Positions 28,051 to 36,959 of a DNA stretch of 55,375 bases are shown piece after piece. The stretch is taken from IMG/VR virus record IMGVR_UViG_3300008110_000371, positions 1 to 55,375 of that record. One strand, given 5' to 3'. The notes under the pieces were generated by a model that was not told the DNA's origin, did no database searches, and saw only the letters and a list, made by a program, of their open reading frames with translations. The translations under genes were made by a program, and so were the position numbers. Source of the DNA: a virus (taxonomy: Duplodnaviria > Caudoviricetes). Each line of letters starts with the position of its first letter. Position 1 is the first letter of the stretch.

Positions 28051-28609
28051 GATTCTTCTCCTTCAAGGCTTGCTCAATGGCTCGTGCAAATCCCCATCGG
28101 TCAAACCACGCCGCATTACTTTCGTCGATTTTTTGGGACAGATAACTCAAGTCCTGAATCTCCCCATCCGTCAGCCCCTGCCACTGGTTCATCCCTGTTG
28201 ATTTCTCGTAGTCCTCAAAGCCCTCAGCCGAATGCAGGTTGGGGTTGGTACTGCCGCAGTTGCGTCCGGCGCAGGGTTGCATTTGTGGCTGCGTGGATGT
28301 GTAGAGGGGCTTTACTACTGACCCATCGCCTTTCAGTCGCGCCATTTCATGCGCCTCTTCTTCGGTGAAGTTCACGTCGTGCAAATTTGGACCATCAAAA
28401 ACACCCCAAGCTACCGGCTCCTGCTCCGGCTGCGCCAGCCTCTCGCGCAACGGTGCTGCTGCATCTGTTGCCACTTTGTGCGGGTACATAGTCACTATCG
28501 GGCCACCGTCTTTAGGTTTGCGGACTTGTATCTTTGTCGACGGGTTTTCGTAGCGAGCCAACAACTCCAACGCCTCGAGCGCCTGCTGCATCAGTTCTCT
28601 GTCGGTCAT
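28043..28609 (-). CDS. Mosaic phage protein (QALEALE / QEPVAW / WxGLTDxEI family)
   Basis: 'QALEALE','QPEQEPVAW','WQGLTDGEI','ARAIEQALKEKN'. Confidence 0.65.
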   Translation of the reverse strand: MTDRELMQQALEALELLARYENPSTKIQVRKPKDGGPIVTMYPHKVATDAAAPLRERLAQPEQEPVAWGVFDGPNLHDVNFTEEEAHEMARLKGDGSVVKPLYTSTQPQMQPCAGRNCGSTNPNLHSAEGFEDYEKSTGMNQWQGLTDGEIQDLSYLSQKIDESNAAWFDRWGFARAIEQALKEKNHG

Positions 28610-28905
28610 GTGTTCTTCTCCCGCAGTTTGGCTTCGATGCTTCGGTAGATGTCTTCGGTTCTGTATGTACCCATCAACCGCACTTTAATTTCGTTGTGCA
28701 TTTCTTCAAGCTCTTCATCCGTCAGCCCAACCCATTCATGTTCACGTTTTGCCTTTTCATCGACACGTTTTTGCGATGTGTCGTCGGCATCGACAAGTGC
28801 TTGGCGAAGGGCAGTGATGGCTTGCTTTCTGCTAACAAGCCCAGCATGACTTATTGGATCACTCTCCAACGCCTCTAGCGCCATTTGCATAGCTTCTCTG
28901 CTCAT
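28606..28905 (-). CDS. Paralog of the QALEALE / WVGLTDEE family
   Basis: MSREAMQMALEALE...WVGLTDEE...RSIEAKLREKN; start uncertain (could be 28962). Confidence 0.55.
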   Translation of the reverse strand: MSREAMQMALEALESDPISHAGLVSRKQAITALRQALVDADDTSQKRVDEKAKREHEWVGLTDEELEEMHNEIKVRLMGTYRTEDIYRSIEAKLREKNT

Positions 28906-28958
28906 ATGTTCTTCTTCAACATGGCAGCAATGACCACAGCGTGGACACTCAAAATCAT

Positions 28959-29273
28959 TCATGTCCGCGCCCCTATGCCAAAGGGATCGTGCCAAGACCT
29001 CGTTACCTTAGGCTCACGCTTCTTGTAGGTCCGGTATTCATCCTTGACTGCAAAGCAGATCACCATCGTCCGCTTCCAGGTCACTTCCTGCTGTTTGTAG
29101 CCCTTTGTCTTGATGACAAGATCATCTGCGGCTAGTTCAACCAGCAACTGATCAGCACGGCGCTTGGTGATCTTGAACTTCTCCCCGACATGCTCTGCCG
29201 TAACGGGATTCTTGAGCCCCCGCAGATAATCGAAGATCATCTGCTTTCGGAGCTCCTTTGGCATCAGAGTCAT
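28959..29273 (-). CDS. Putative winged-HTH protein
   Basis: 'IFDYLRGLKNPVTAEHVGEKFKITKRRADQLLVELA'. Confidence 0.5.
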   Translation of the reverse strand: MTLMPKELRKQMIFDYLRGLKNPVTAEHVGEKFKITKRRADQLLVELAADDLVIKTKGYKQQEVTWKRTMVICFAVKDEYRTYKKREPKVTRSWHDPFGIGART

Positions 29274-29596
29274 AACTTTCTCCTGTAGTAAAACGCCCAC
29301 GCCCCGTGGTCCGTGAGCCTTTTAAATAGCTTCGTCTTATCGACTAGACCTTTTGCTTCGAGCGCTCTCATCATCTTGAGCGCATTTTGCGGCGTACAAC
29401 TAAAACTTTTGGCCAAGTCCGCAAGCGACATCCAATCATCAAGCGCTTGTAAGTATCGATTTTGCGCAGGCGTCAGCGCCCTGTATCGGTTGAGCAAGAG
29501 CTTGCTAAAGCGTTTGACCGCTTCCTCATGCTCTGCCCTCCCCGATAGCAACACGCCTGTTCGCCGAGCCAGCTTAAGGATCTCGGCATTGTTCAC
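29270..29596 (-). CDS. Putative winged-HTH (MarR-like) protein
   Basis: 'LTPAQ..YL......SLADLAKSFSCTPQNALKMMRALEAKGLV'. Confidence 0.6.
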   Translation of the reverse strand: MNNAEILKLARRTGVLLSGRAEHEEAVKRFSKLLLNRYRALTPAQNRYLQALDDWMSLADLAKSFSCTPQNALKMMRALEAKGLVDKTKLFKRLTDHGAWAFYYRRKL

Positions 29597-29778
29597 GCCC
29601 GATCCCCTGCATGCTGCTTCCAGCCATCGTTGCCCTGCATCCGCTGCTCGTAAACTTCCATGAGCAACTCTGCTGCCTCTTTAATCTTGAACTTCTCTGC
29701 CGTGCAGTAATCTGGCAAGCCCTCGGCGTAACCCTCAAGCCATGCTGCAAGCATCGCAAACTTGTGAGCGGGACTCAT
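29593..29778 (-). CDS. Small hypothetical protein
   Basis: Likely start MSPAHKFAMLAAWL; coupled to neighbours. Confidence 0.45.
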   Translation of the reverse strand: MSPAHKFAMLAAWLEGYAEGLPDYCTAEKFKIKEAAELLMEVYEQRMQGNDGWKQHAGDRA

Positions 29779-29780
29779 GA

Positions 29781-30068
29781 CTATGGCCTCAACCACTGCT
29801 GCCAGTTCTTCGTCCACTCCCGAGGCCACAAGAGCTGCTCTTCGACCTTGGCTCCCATGGCAAAGAGCTCCGAGGCCGAAAGCCGCATGTTCACGTCCTC
29901 TTGGTACTCCTCCATCTTTTTCATGGCGTTGTAAGTCGTTACAAAGGCCCCTGGCTGCACCCAACAGGGCCTGCTGTAATGGGGCAGGTAGGTCATACCA
30001 TTCAAGACAAACACGGGCTCAGGAGCCGTGATCGCCATAACTTTAGTCTGTGTCGGATAAATAGTCAC
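29781..30068 (-). CDS. Hypothetical protein
   Basis: 95-aa ORF, 'YLPHY' motif, overlapping coupling. Confidence 0.5.
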   Translation of the reverse strand: MTIYPTQTKVMAITAPEPVFVLNGMTYLPHYSRPCWVQPGAFVTTYNAMKKMEEYQEDVNMRLSASELFAMGAKVEEQLLWPREWTKNWQQWLRP

Positions 30069-30310
30069 AATGATCGTCCTCTAATTAAGTCCGCAATACC
30101 CCGTGATGCCACGGGATCTGCAATTTGTGCGCAAATCTCGCGCTCCTCTTCCACCATTTCCCTGACAAGCTTGGCAAGCGCTCGGTCGTCCACCTCATAG
30201 ACGACCCATTGCTTGTTGATCTTGCGCAGTTCCTTGAACCCGTGGTCCTTGGCCCGTGAGCGAAGCTCCAGGATCAGTTCACGGTTCTCAAATGACGCCA
30301 TGCCTTTCAC
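30065..30310 (-). CDS. Hypothetical protein
   Basis: 'EEEREICAQIAD...IADLIRGR', related to the EREACA family. Confidence 0.55.
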   Translation of the reverse strand: MKGMASFENRELILELRSRAKDHGFKELRKINKQWVVYEVDDRALAKLVREMVEEEREICAQIADPVASRGIADLIRGRSL

Positions 30311-30469
30311 TCGGTGCCTCCTGGATTGCTATAGCGCGCCATAAACGCTGGATCTTGGGCCTCATCATCAGCATCCAACATTTCGATAAGACGCGTGAGG
30401 TGGCGCACAAGACGCCACTCGTGATGATCAAGCGCCACCTTGATGACGTGAACAATGGCTTCGTGATCC

Positions 30470-30712
30470 TTAGTCATTGTCATCCTCCCCTTGAGCGATG
30501 TAAGCCGATCGGACCAGTGAAAGCACGGTGTTCAAAGCTTCATCTTCGGTCATCAATTCACGGTCAACAACGTAATGCACATGAATGCCCATCAACCAGC
30601 TGATTACGTACATCACTTCATCGGCGTCATAATCATTGAAAAGCTCGATGGCCTTAGTTAGCAGATCTGTGCTTGCTTCGACAACCTTTTTTAACTCGTC
30701 ATCGGGGCTCAT
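30470..30712 (-). CDS. Small acidic hypothetical protein
   Basis: 80-aa ORF, ATGA overlap with the upstream gene. Confidence 0.55.
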   Translation of the reverse strand: MSPDDELKKVVEASTDLLTKAIELFNDYDADEVMYVISWLMGIHVHYVVDRELMTEDEALNTVLSLVRSAYIAQGEDDND

Positions 30713-31227
30713 AGCGTCCTGCCTTGCAGCCGCTCGGCAACAAGTTTGGCGTAGCCTGCGATATCAGCCCATGAGTCAATGTGATCCGCATCGCCGTTGA
30801 TGATGCGAGCGATCTTATGGATGATCATGTCCAAAGCTTCTGCTTGATCATCGGCAAGGCGCTTGTTCCTTGAGCCAAGCTCCCTGTAGAGCACTGACTT
30901 AAACTCTTGCGCCGTCTTAGCAAGCGAGACAAAGGTGCCGTAGCTTTGGGCGCGCTCTTGCAGGATCTTATCAACGCCATCAAAAACAGCCTTCTTAGGC
31001 TGAGTAGCGTCAGCAACCTTCCGTACCGCCTCTAAGAGGCTGAGGGGTATGACGCCAACCTTGGGCTTGCGAGGACCGAGCTTGCGTCCCTTAAGCGGTG
31101 ATGGACCGAGCTTGCGTCCTTTCAGGGGCGAAGGCTTTTTGCGTGGACCGAGCTTACGCCCCTTGAGCGGTGAAACCTTCTTGGCAGGTGCCTCTGGTGC
31201 AACGTCTTCTTTACGTTTCTTCTTCAT
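30709..31227 (-). CDS. DUF6378-like protein with an N-terminal basic SPLKGRKLGP repeat
   Basis: 'ILQERAQSYG.F...DMIIHKIARIINGD..H.DSWADIAGYA.LV'; AGGAG SD before MKKKR. Confidence 0.7.
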   Translation of the reverse strand: MKKKRKEDVAPEAPAKKVSPLKGRKLGPRKKPSPLKGRKLGPSPLKGRKLGPRKPKVGVIPLSLLEAVRKVADATQPKKAVFDGVDKILQERAQSYGTFVSLAKTAQEFKSVLYRELGSRNKRLADDQAEALDMIIHKIARIINGDADHIDSWADIAGYAKLVAERLQGRTL

Positions 31228-31229
31228 GA

Positions 31230-31499
31230 TTACTCTCCTGTTGAAAATAGAGCTTTGTAAAAAGACCACTTGGCCTTGTAAAAAGGATCCTCACTGGGTG
31301 GGATCCAGGTCTCGCGTGGCTCTCGCTTAATGTTGACTGCAAGGCCAACACCCCGAAAGCTGTACTCGACTTCTTCGACGGGTCGGCTATCGATCTCCTT
31401 TGCACCACGCAGATCAAAACGCGTAAGCGTCTTGGCAGCAGGCTGGTTACGAAACCTTGCTAGGACATCTGAACCGGACTTCCATTGACGTTCTTCCAT
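31230..31499 (-). CDS. Hypothetical protein
   Basis: 'SDVLARF...WIPPSEDP.Y.AKW'; AGGAGA SD. Confidence 0.55.
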   Translation of the reverse strand: MEERQWKSGSDVLARFRNQPAAKTLTRFDLRGAKEIDSRPVEEVEYSFRGVGLAVNIKREPRETWIPPSEDPFYKAKWSFYKALFSTGE

Positions 31500-31653
31500 C
31501 TTCTTTCTCCTGTATCAGTAAGGTGCTAACTCAACATCGCTGAGTTCATTTACTTTATCACGTCTTTTTTGTTTTTGTCGCCATTTGATGATTTTTTCTT
31601 GCTCTTGCTTTGTCCTGAATGGCCATTTCATCTGTTCAGGACTGATAGGAAAG

Positions 31654-31890
31654 TCAGTCTTCGTGTTGCTTTCTGTATTCATTGTATTCCCTCAGTAGTT
31701 TGTCATGCATCTCGTGCAGTTTGTGTAACTTCTCATCAGCCTCGGCCCAACGAAGCTTCCACACCTTGGCAGCTTCGATGTGATTAACGGCGTACATGAT
31801 CGTGCGCGCGTCTTCTCTGTCAGTCATCTGCTCGGCCATCAGCCGAAGTTGGTCGGTCAGGTGTTGCATCGGTTTCTCCTTGGTCGTCAA
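31654..31890 (-). CDS. Hypothetical coiled-coil protein
   Basis: 78-aa ORF in operon. Confidence 0.5.
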   Translation of the reverse strand: MTTKEKPMQHLTDQLRLMAEQMTDREDARTIMYAVNHIEAAKVWKLRWAEADEKLHKLHEMHDKLLREYNEYRKQHED

Positions 31891-32255
31891 TCATCCACGA
31901 GTACGCGCAGATGTTCAATTGATACTGGAATTCCAACTCGCGTATCTCCCGCCTCAACCGGTCCATACGGGTCTGGTAGTAGTTCAAGTTGGCGCGGATC
32001 CCGCTCCGGGATAGGTTTCTGTAGGGTTCGATGGTGTTCAAAGGCTTCGTCCTCTAAAAGCATTAGATTAGATTCAGTCAATGCGCCGAGAATGTTGACA
32101 CGTCTTGGCCTATCTTGATGTTCAAGATCAAGCCATGCGGTTTTGATATCGATTTGCTCAGGCAATCCAGCTTCGGCTGGCAGGACTTCGTATTGAACAA
32201 ATACTTCTAATTCATTCAACACGTTCGATAACGGGGTTGTGAAAGCGCGCTTCAA
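31887..32255 (-). CDS. Hypothetical protein
   Basis: 122-aa ORF coupled to neighbours. Confidence 0.5.
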   Translation of the reverse strand: MKRAFTTPLSNVLNELEVFVQYEVLPAEAGLPEQIDIKTAWLDLEHQDRPRRVNILGALTESNLMLLEDEAFEHHRTLQKPIPERDPRQLELLPDPYGPVEAGDTRVGIPVSIEHLRVLVDD

Positions 32256-32517
32256 ATTCTTTCTCCATTTCTTTAGCTTTCTCGGGGTCTACGCGAGAAA
32301 GTGTACGTAAAAACTCCGCGTAGATCAAGCGATGCGCAATCGTTGAACGAGAAACCATATGAAACTCACTCAACTCTGTCAGCATCGCATAGGCTTCCAG
32401 TGGAAGCATCACCGTACACCAAGGTTTTGTTTGTCTGCGCGAGGGCGAGACAACCTTCTTCTCACGCTTAAACCATAAGCGTGGTCGGCCCTTCTTGGAC
32501 TTCTTTTTAGTAGTCAT
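32212..32517 (-). CDS. Putative ribbon-helix-helix-like DNA-binding protein
   Basis: MTTKKKSKKGRP...TVMLPLEAYAMLTELSEFHMVSRSTIAHRLI. Confidence 0.45.
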   Translation of the reverse strand: MTTKKKSKKGRPRLWFKREKKVVSPSRRQTKPWCTVMLPLEAYAMLTELSEFHMVSRSTIAHRLIYAEFLRTLSRVDPEKAKEMEKEFEARFHNPVIERVE

Positions 32518-32634
32518 GAAAAAAGCCCGTGATCCTTGGACCACGGGCCAACATCGTCGGGAAGACAACAGGAGAGGTAGCTATAGACACTACCGCGTTC
32601 ATTATGCAGCCCATGGAGAACGGTGTAAAGATGC

Positions 32635-35463
32635 TCATCCCATCGACGCTCCCCACGTCTCACCTATCTCAACGTCCACCACTGACGGTACTTCAAGCTG
32701 CACAGCATTAGCCATGATATGTGCGGCCTCTTCAGCCTCTTCACGCTTGTTCACGGATAGCGCAAGCTCGTCATGTACGGAAAGCAGGAGATCAAACCCT
32801 GCTTTATGGAGTTCAACCATAGCCTTCTTGGTCTGATCCGCTGCTGAACCCTGAATCAATCGATTCAGGCCCTTATAAGTCATTGCACGCTTGATTCTTG
32901 GTCCATATTTGATGGAGGCTTCCTCAAAGGGCAGTGCCTTATTGATACCCCATTCAGTGGGCTCCCAAAGCGGGAAGCGACACTTGCGTCCTAACAAGGT
33001 ACGGATCGCGCCACCGGATCCCCGATGCTCAATCCGGCGCATCACGGCATCCACGGTGCCACGCAAGAAGGGCACTTTTTGATGAAAGGTTTTGATGAGT
33101 TCACTGGCCTCATCTAGAGGCATATCAAGCTGTTGAGCCATCTTTGCTTTTCCGGCGCCGTACATGATGGCCAGGGTGCAATTTGATACTAAGGTGTTCG
33201 ATACAGTGAAACGATGGCGGGGTCCGGCATTGAGTATGTCGTACACCTTCGCATACCGACGCGTTGATACGTGGGCAATTGATCGGGCTCCACACCTTGT
33301 TTGATCAACTTCACTGTCCAACCGCTCGTAAACTGGAAGTTTGGGTGATCCGTTTTCACAAGATGCCAAACATGACCTAAACAAACTCTCTGACCACGAT
33401 ACGTAACATAGCGTGTTATGCGACGGTTGGCACTGTTCTGTGAGGACGTGGCACACCGAATGTTCCCACGTACGTAACCCTTGTTGTTGTCGATCCGATC
33501 GATCTGTTTGCCAATCCAATCCTCGGCTGGAGCCACTGTGAGCAAATACTCCACCAATTCCTTGACCGACTCGAACTCGCAAGTTATGCCACGACTTCCA
33601 TAATGAGCATAACCCTTGTCGTTTGGATTGTTGCAGCGTTGGAGGATTGAAACCGCTCTCTTTTGTAAAAGAGATACCCCACGGGAAGAGACTAATAAAT
33701 TGCCCGCCAGACGATGACGCTCCGTCATGGCACAGGAGTTGCATTGTTTTGACCTTCCACGTTTCAAGTTGTCTAAAACCTTCCAGTCCTCGACGCCACA
33801 GGCGCATCGCACCCTTGTATAGTGATGCTTGCCACGACGTTGGATCTCCCTGGTGACCACTGTCCACATACCGAATTGCTTGCCCAGCATTTCCGGTTCG
33901 TACAGGTGTCTCCAGTCTTGATGCTGCGAGCCCGAGAGAAATCTTCCCTGATTCGACTGTCCAGATGTCGTGATCCGGTGTTGCGGTGAGATTGCCATAG
34001 GTGATTACCTCCTTGTTACCCATGAACACCACGCCATCGTGGTTCACCCATTCTACCCCATCCCATACCTTATGTGCCGTGGTTATTTTTTCAATGGGGA
34101 CTAGCCCACTATCAGTGAGTACAAGTTGGCCTTCTGCAATACATGTCTTCGCAACCTTCCGTGGCACGTTCGCTGCGTCGGCTACGATCTGATAGAAGTC
34201 TGTTCTCGGATTCTCTCGATAAGCCTTCACGACTTCGTCAGTACCAGAAAGACCTAATAAATGTGCGTAATGAATCAAGATCCTTGGTTCTTGAGACGAG
34301 AAGTCGTTTGCGGCCCATTTTTGACCCTCCTCCGGAAGGAAAAGTCCCCTGACTAATGGACCAAGAACCTCGTGTCTTGCGCTGACCTGTTGAAGATTCG
34401 GGTTGGCCATGGAAAGCCTGCCTGTGACCGTGCCACCATCGTCTGATCGAATCTGATTGATGTGCGGGTGGATGCGGCCATCGTGTGCAGAGAAGTCCAA
34501 GTAAGGCTGCAAGAACGTGCCGTGGGTCTTGTTGAGCTCGCGTGCTTCAACGATCTGTTTGCAGATCGGGTGCTCGTGCGTGTCAAGAAAACTCTTGGTA
34601 AAACTTGGTAGTCCGTTCGCGGTCCTTGGGTAATGGATCCCGAGCTTGTCAAACCCTGTAGCGATGCTGGCTGCGGCCCAGATGTCTACGGGCGACCCGC
34701 AGGCCTTGCGAATGGCCTTAACCAGTTGGGCCTCTTTGTCTTGCATCTCGCCCACGAGCTTGGTTGCCCGATCGCGATCAAAGCGGATGCCGCGCTTGGT
34801 GATGCCGACCAGCACAGGAAGGAGTTCAGTTTCTAGATCAAAGATCGATTCAACTTCTTCCTTGCGTAAGACCGCTTTGAAGTGCTGCCAAAGCTTAAGC
34901 GTGAGCGCAGCATCTTGCTCGGCGTACTCGCCCACAAACATGGCAGGTAAACGCCAGAGTTCTTTCTTGGCATGAACGCCAAAGTCTTGTGCGGCCTCCT
35001 TCAGTCCCTGCTCAGACTTGACCTCTTTGAGGTAATCGAAACCGAGGGCATTGAGGGCGTAGCTGAATCGGTTTTCATCGATGCAAGCAGCAGCGACCAT
35101 GGTGTCAATGATTCGACCCCGCACATTAAATCCAGAGGCGAGAAGCCATCCAAGATCGTAGGCGGCGTTGTGCATGATCTTGGGACATGGAAGGTCAAGC
35201 ACACGTCGAATGAATCGCTCAACAATCCCACGGTCAAGGTTACCTCCACCCTCATGAGCAACTGGGTAGTAACCTCGCCATCCTTCAACAGCAATGGCGT
35301 AGCCGACAATGTAACCATCATTTCTTGGCCATCCGGGGCCGAACCGTTCCATGTTTCTGTCGCACGTTTCCAGATCAATTGCAATCTCCTTGGCGTCAGA
35401 TAGATCGGGAAAAGAGGCCGGGGGAACCCACTCGGAGGTGGGCGGGAATAGTGGTAGCGTCAC
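32635..35463 (-). CDS. polA: DNA polymerase, family A (3'-5' exonuclease plus polymerase), intein-containing; Leu at the E. coli Pol I 762-equivalent position
   Basis: Exo I 'AIDLET', 'HNAAYDL'; 'TGRLS..NPNLQQ'; motif A 'DFSSQEPR'; motif B 'RKVAKT|CTLAIMYG'; motif C 'VHDEL'. Confidence 0.93.
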   Translation of the reverse strand: MTLPLFPPTSEWVPPASFPDLSDAKEIAIDLETCDRNMERFGPGWPRNDGYIVGYAIAVEGWRGYYPVAHEGGGNLDRGIVERFIRRVLDLPCPKIMHNAAYDLGWLLASGFNVRGRIIDTMVAAACIDENRFSYALNALGFDYLKEVKSEQGLKEAAQDFGVHAKKELWRLPAMFVGEYAEQDAALTLKLWQHFKAVLRKEEVESIFDLETELLPVLVGITKRGIRFDRDRATKLVGEMQDKEAQLVKAIRKACGSPVDIWAAASIATGFDKLGIHYPRTANGLPSFTKSFLDTHEHPICKQIVEARELNKTHGTFLQPYLDFSAHDGRIHPHINQIRSDDGGTVTGRLSMANPNLQQVSARHEVLGPLVRGLFLPEEGQKWAANDFSSQEPRILIHYAHLLGLSGTDEVVKAYRENPRTDFYQIVADAANVPRKVAKTCIAEGQLVLTDSGLVPIEKITTAHKVWDGVEWVNHDGVVFMGNKEVITYGNLTATPDHDIWTVESGKISLGLAASRLETPVRTGNAGQAIRYVDSGHQGDPTSWQASLYKGAMRLWRRGLEGFRQLETWKVKTMQLLCHDGASSSGGQFISLFPWGISFTKESGFNPPTLQQSKRQGLCSLWKSWHNLRVRVGQGIGGVFAHSGSSRGLDWQTDRSDRQQQGLRTWEHSVCHVLTEQCQPSHNTLCYVSWSESLFRSCLASCENGSPKLPVYERLDSEVDQTRCGARSIAHVSTRRYAKVYDILNAGPRHRFTVSNTLVSNCTLAIMYGAGKAKMAQQLDMPLDEASELIKTFHQKVPFLRGTVDAVMRRIEHRGSGGAIRTLLGRKCRFPLWEPTEWGINKALPFEEASIKYGPRIKRAMTYKGLNRLIQGSAADQTKKAMVELHKAGFDLLLSVHDELALSVNKREEAEEAAHIMANAVQLEVPSVVDVEIGETWGASMG
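33181..34143 (-). mobile_element. Intein (321 aa) in polA motif B
   Basis: Block A CIAEGQLVLTDSGLVPIEKI; block B LTATPDHDIW; block F KVYDILNAGPRHRFTV; block G LVSN/C; removing it restores RKVAKTCTLAIMYG. Confidence 0.9.
33189..33998 (-). CDS. HNH-type homing endonuclease overprinted in the +1 frame inside the polA intein
   Basis: 'GKQFGMWTV..RCACG...L..G.SKQC..C', 'RCNNPNDKGYAHYGSRGI', 'IDRIDNNKGY..GN.R.AT..QN..NRR'; SD AAGGAGGT at 34007-34014, 8 nt before ATG. Confidence 0.85.
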   Translation of the reverse strand: MAISPQHRITTSGQSNQGRFLSGSQHQDWRHLYEPEMLGKQFGMWTVVTREIQRRGKHHYTRVRCACGVEDWKVLDNLKRGRSKQCNSCAMTERHRLAGNLLVSSRGVSLLQKRAVSILQRCNNPNDKGYAHYGSRGITCEFESVKELVEYLLTVAPAEDWIGKQIDRIDNNKGYVRGNIRCATSSQNSANRRITRYVTYRGQRVCLGHVWHLVKTDHPNFQFTSGWTVKLIKQGVEPDQLPTYQRVGMRRCTTYSMPDPAIVSLYRTP

Positions 35464-36959
35464 AGTCGAAAGCCTTTCTGGTTGCTGCGTGGCATGACCA
35501 AGTGCAAGGTTTTACGAGTGCGCGTGATACCAACATAGAGCAACCGATTAATGTCGTCGGGGTTAGTGTCATAACTTTTGGCAAACTTAGTAGACAGGTC
35601 TGTCAAAAGTAGAACATTATCAGCTTCTCCACCTTTTGCGCCATGGATCGTGGAAAGTTTTATCTTCGGTGCTGCATTTAATTTCACACCGCGTCGAAGT
35701 AAAGCAATGATGTACTGGCGCTGGCTTGCACTGATCTTGGTCAGCACCTCGTGCCAGATGCCATCGGTCAACAGGCCCCACTTCGCATGCAAATCCTTGA
35801 TCGAGTACATCCGATCCTCGGGCGCACTGTTCAAGGTTTTAAATCCTTTAGCAATGAGCCCTGGGTCGAGATACGAGTAGATCGTTTTAGCAACCGATAG
35901 CGGGACCTCATTGCCCTTGCGCAACCCTTCCCAGCCGTAGACCGCTGCGAGCACCTTCTCGCCAATGCTCCGTTGTCCATGGCGCTCGAAAAGCAAACCT
36001 TGACTCTTGAGCCACTCGGGCAGTTCATCCAGCATGTAGTTTGCAGCGGCCATCACGAGCCACTCGCCATCGGTCATGTCGGCTTGGGAGAAATGGTTAT
36101 AGGTTTGGATGTTGCCCTGCTCATCACGAGCAGACCACTCCTTGGGCTGTCGATGGTGGATGCGCTTAACCACGCGCTCGGCTAAGGCGTGAACCTTGGC
36201 AGGGATACGGTAAGACTTATCCAGCACCTTGACTTCGCCAGGGAAGGTAAGGAACGAATCAACATCAGCACCTGCCCAGTTGTAGATCGCCTGATCATCA
36301 TCGCCTGCTAGGTAAACACGCGTAGAGCGTTTAGCAAGATCCTTGACTAACTGCCACTGAAGGCGCGAGAGATCTTGCGATTCATCCACAATCAGTGCAT
36401 CAAGGCGCGGTAAGCGATTGGGTTCTTGCACGATCAACTCAAGCAGATCGGTGAAGTCAAGCAGTCCGTTCTCGCCTTTGTACTGACGATAGGCCCGCTC
36501 CACGTACTCGAAATGAAACCACTCGATATCAAGCGAGGACTGGTTATAGTGGGTCTTTAGATCAAGGCCCTTGATCCGTGCAAGGTTGATCTCGTTCAGA
36601 ATGGCGTTGTCTGCTCGCGCTACGAACCCATCGATGTCGTTTTCTGTAGCGATCTCTAAGCCACAGCTTCTGCCAAACTCTTTATAGTTTTCATCTTGCA
36701 TCATCTCGCTCTTGTTAATCCCAAGACAGCGAAAGGCCAGCGAATGAAGCGTCCTGAACCACGGGAAATCCGTAGCAGGGTTTAGATGTGGGAACTTCAC
36801 GATCGCCCGATCACGCGCCTCGTTAGCCGCTTTGCGTGTGAAGGCAAAGTAGCCGATCTTGTTTGAGGCGGTGTCCTTGGACAACTCGTCTTGCACCACG
36901 CCCAAGAGGTACGTAGTTTTGCCGGTCCCGGGGGGACCGAATACTTTTTGCGTGCTCAT
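35460..36959 (-). CDS. UvrD/Rep-like superfamily 1 helicase
   Basis: GPPGTGKT, 'AFTRKAA.EA', 'TLHS', 'VDESQD', 'GDDDQAIY.W.GA', 'STIHGAKGGEAD', 'YVGITR'. Confidence 0.88.
   Translation of the reverse strand: MSTQKVFGPPGTGKTTYLLGVVQDELSKDTASNKIGYFAFTRKAANEARDRAIVKFPHLNPATDFPWFRTLHSLAFRCLGINKSEMMQDENYKEFGRSCGLEIATENDIDGFVARADNAILNEINLARIKGLDLKTHYNQSSLDIEWFHFEYVERAYRQYKGENGLLDFTDLLELIVQEPNRLPRLDALIVDESQDLSRLQWQLVKDLAKRSTRVYLAGDDDQAIYNWAGADVDSFLTFPGEVKVLDKSYRIPAKVHALAERVVKRIHHRQPKEWSARDEQGNIQTYNHFSQADMTDGEWLVMAAANYMLDELPEWLKSQGLLFERHGQRSIGEKVLAAVYGWEGLRKGNEVPLSVAKTIYSYLDPGLIAKGFKTLNSAPEDRMYSIKDLHAKWGLLTDGIWHEVLTKISASQRQYIIALLRRGVKLNAAPKIKLSTIHGAKGGEADNVLLLTDLSTKFAKSYDTNPDDINRLLYVGITRTRKTLHLVMPRSNQKGFRL

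Noticed and set aside
33189-33998. Explaining the out-of-frame HNH as two compensating sequencing errors
   Set aside because: The polA frame is stop-free across the whole HNH, the HNH frame continues through intein blocks B and F/G, and it has its own ideal SD. Errors would not produce this, though a read check is still advised.
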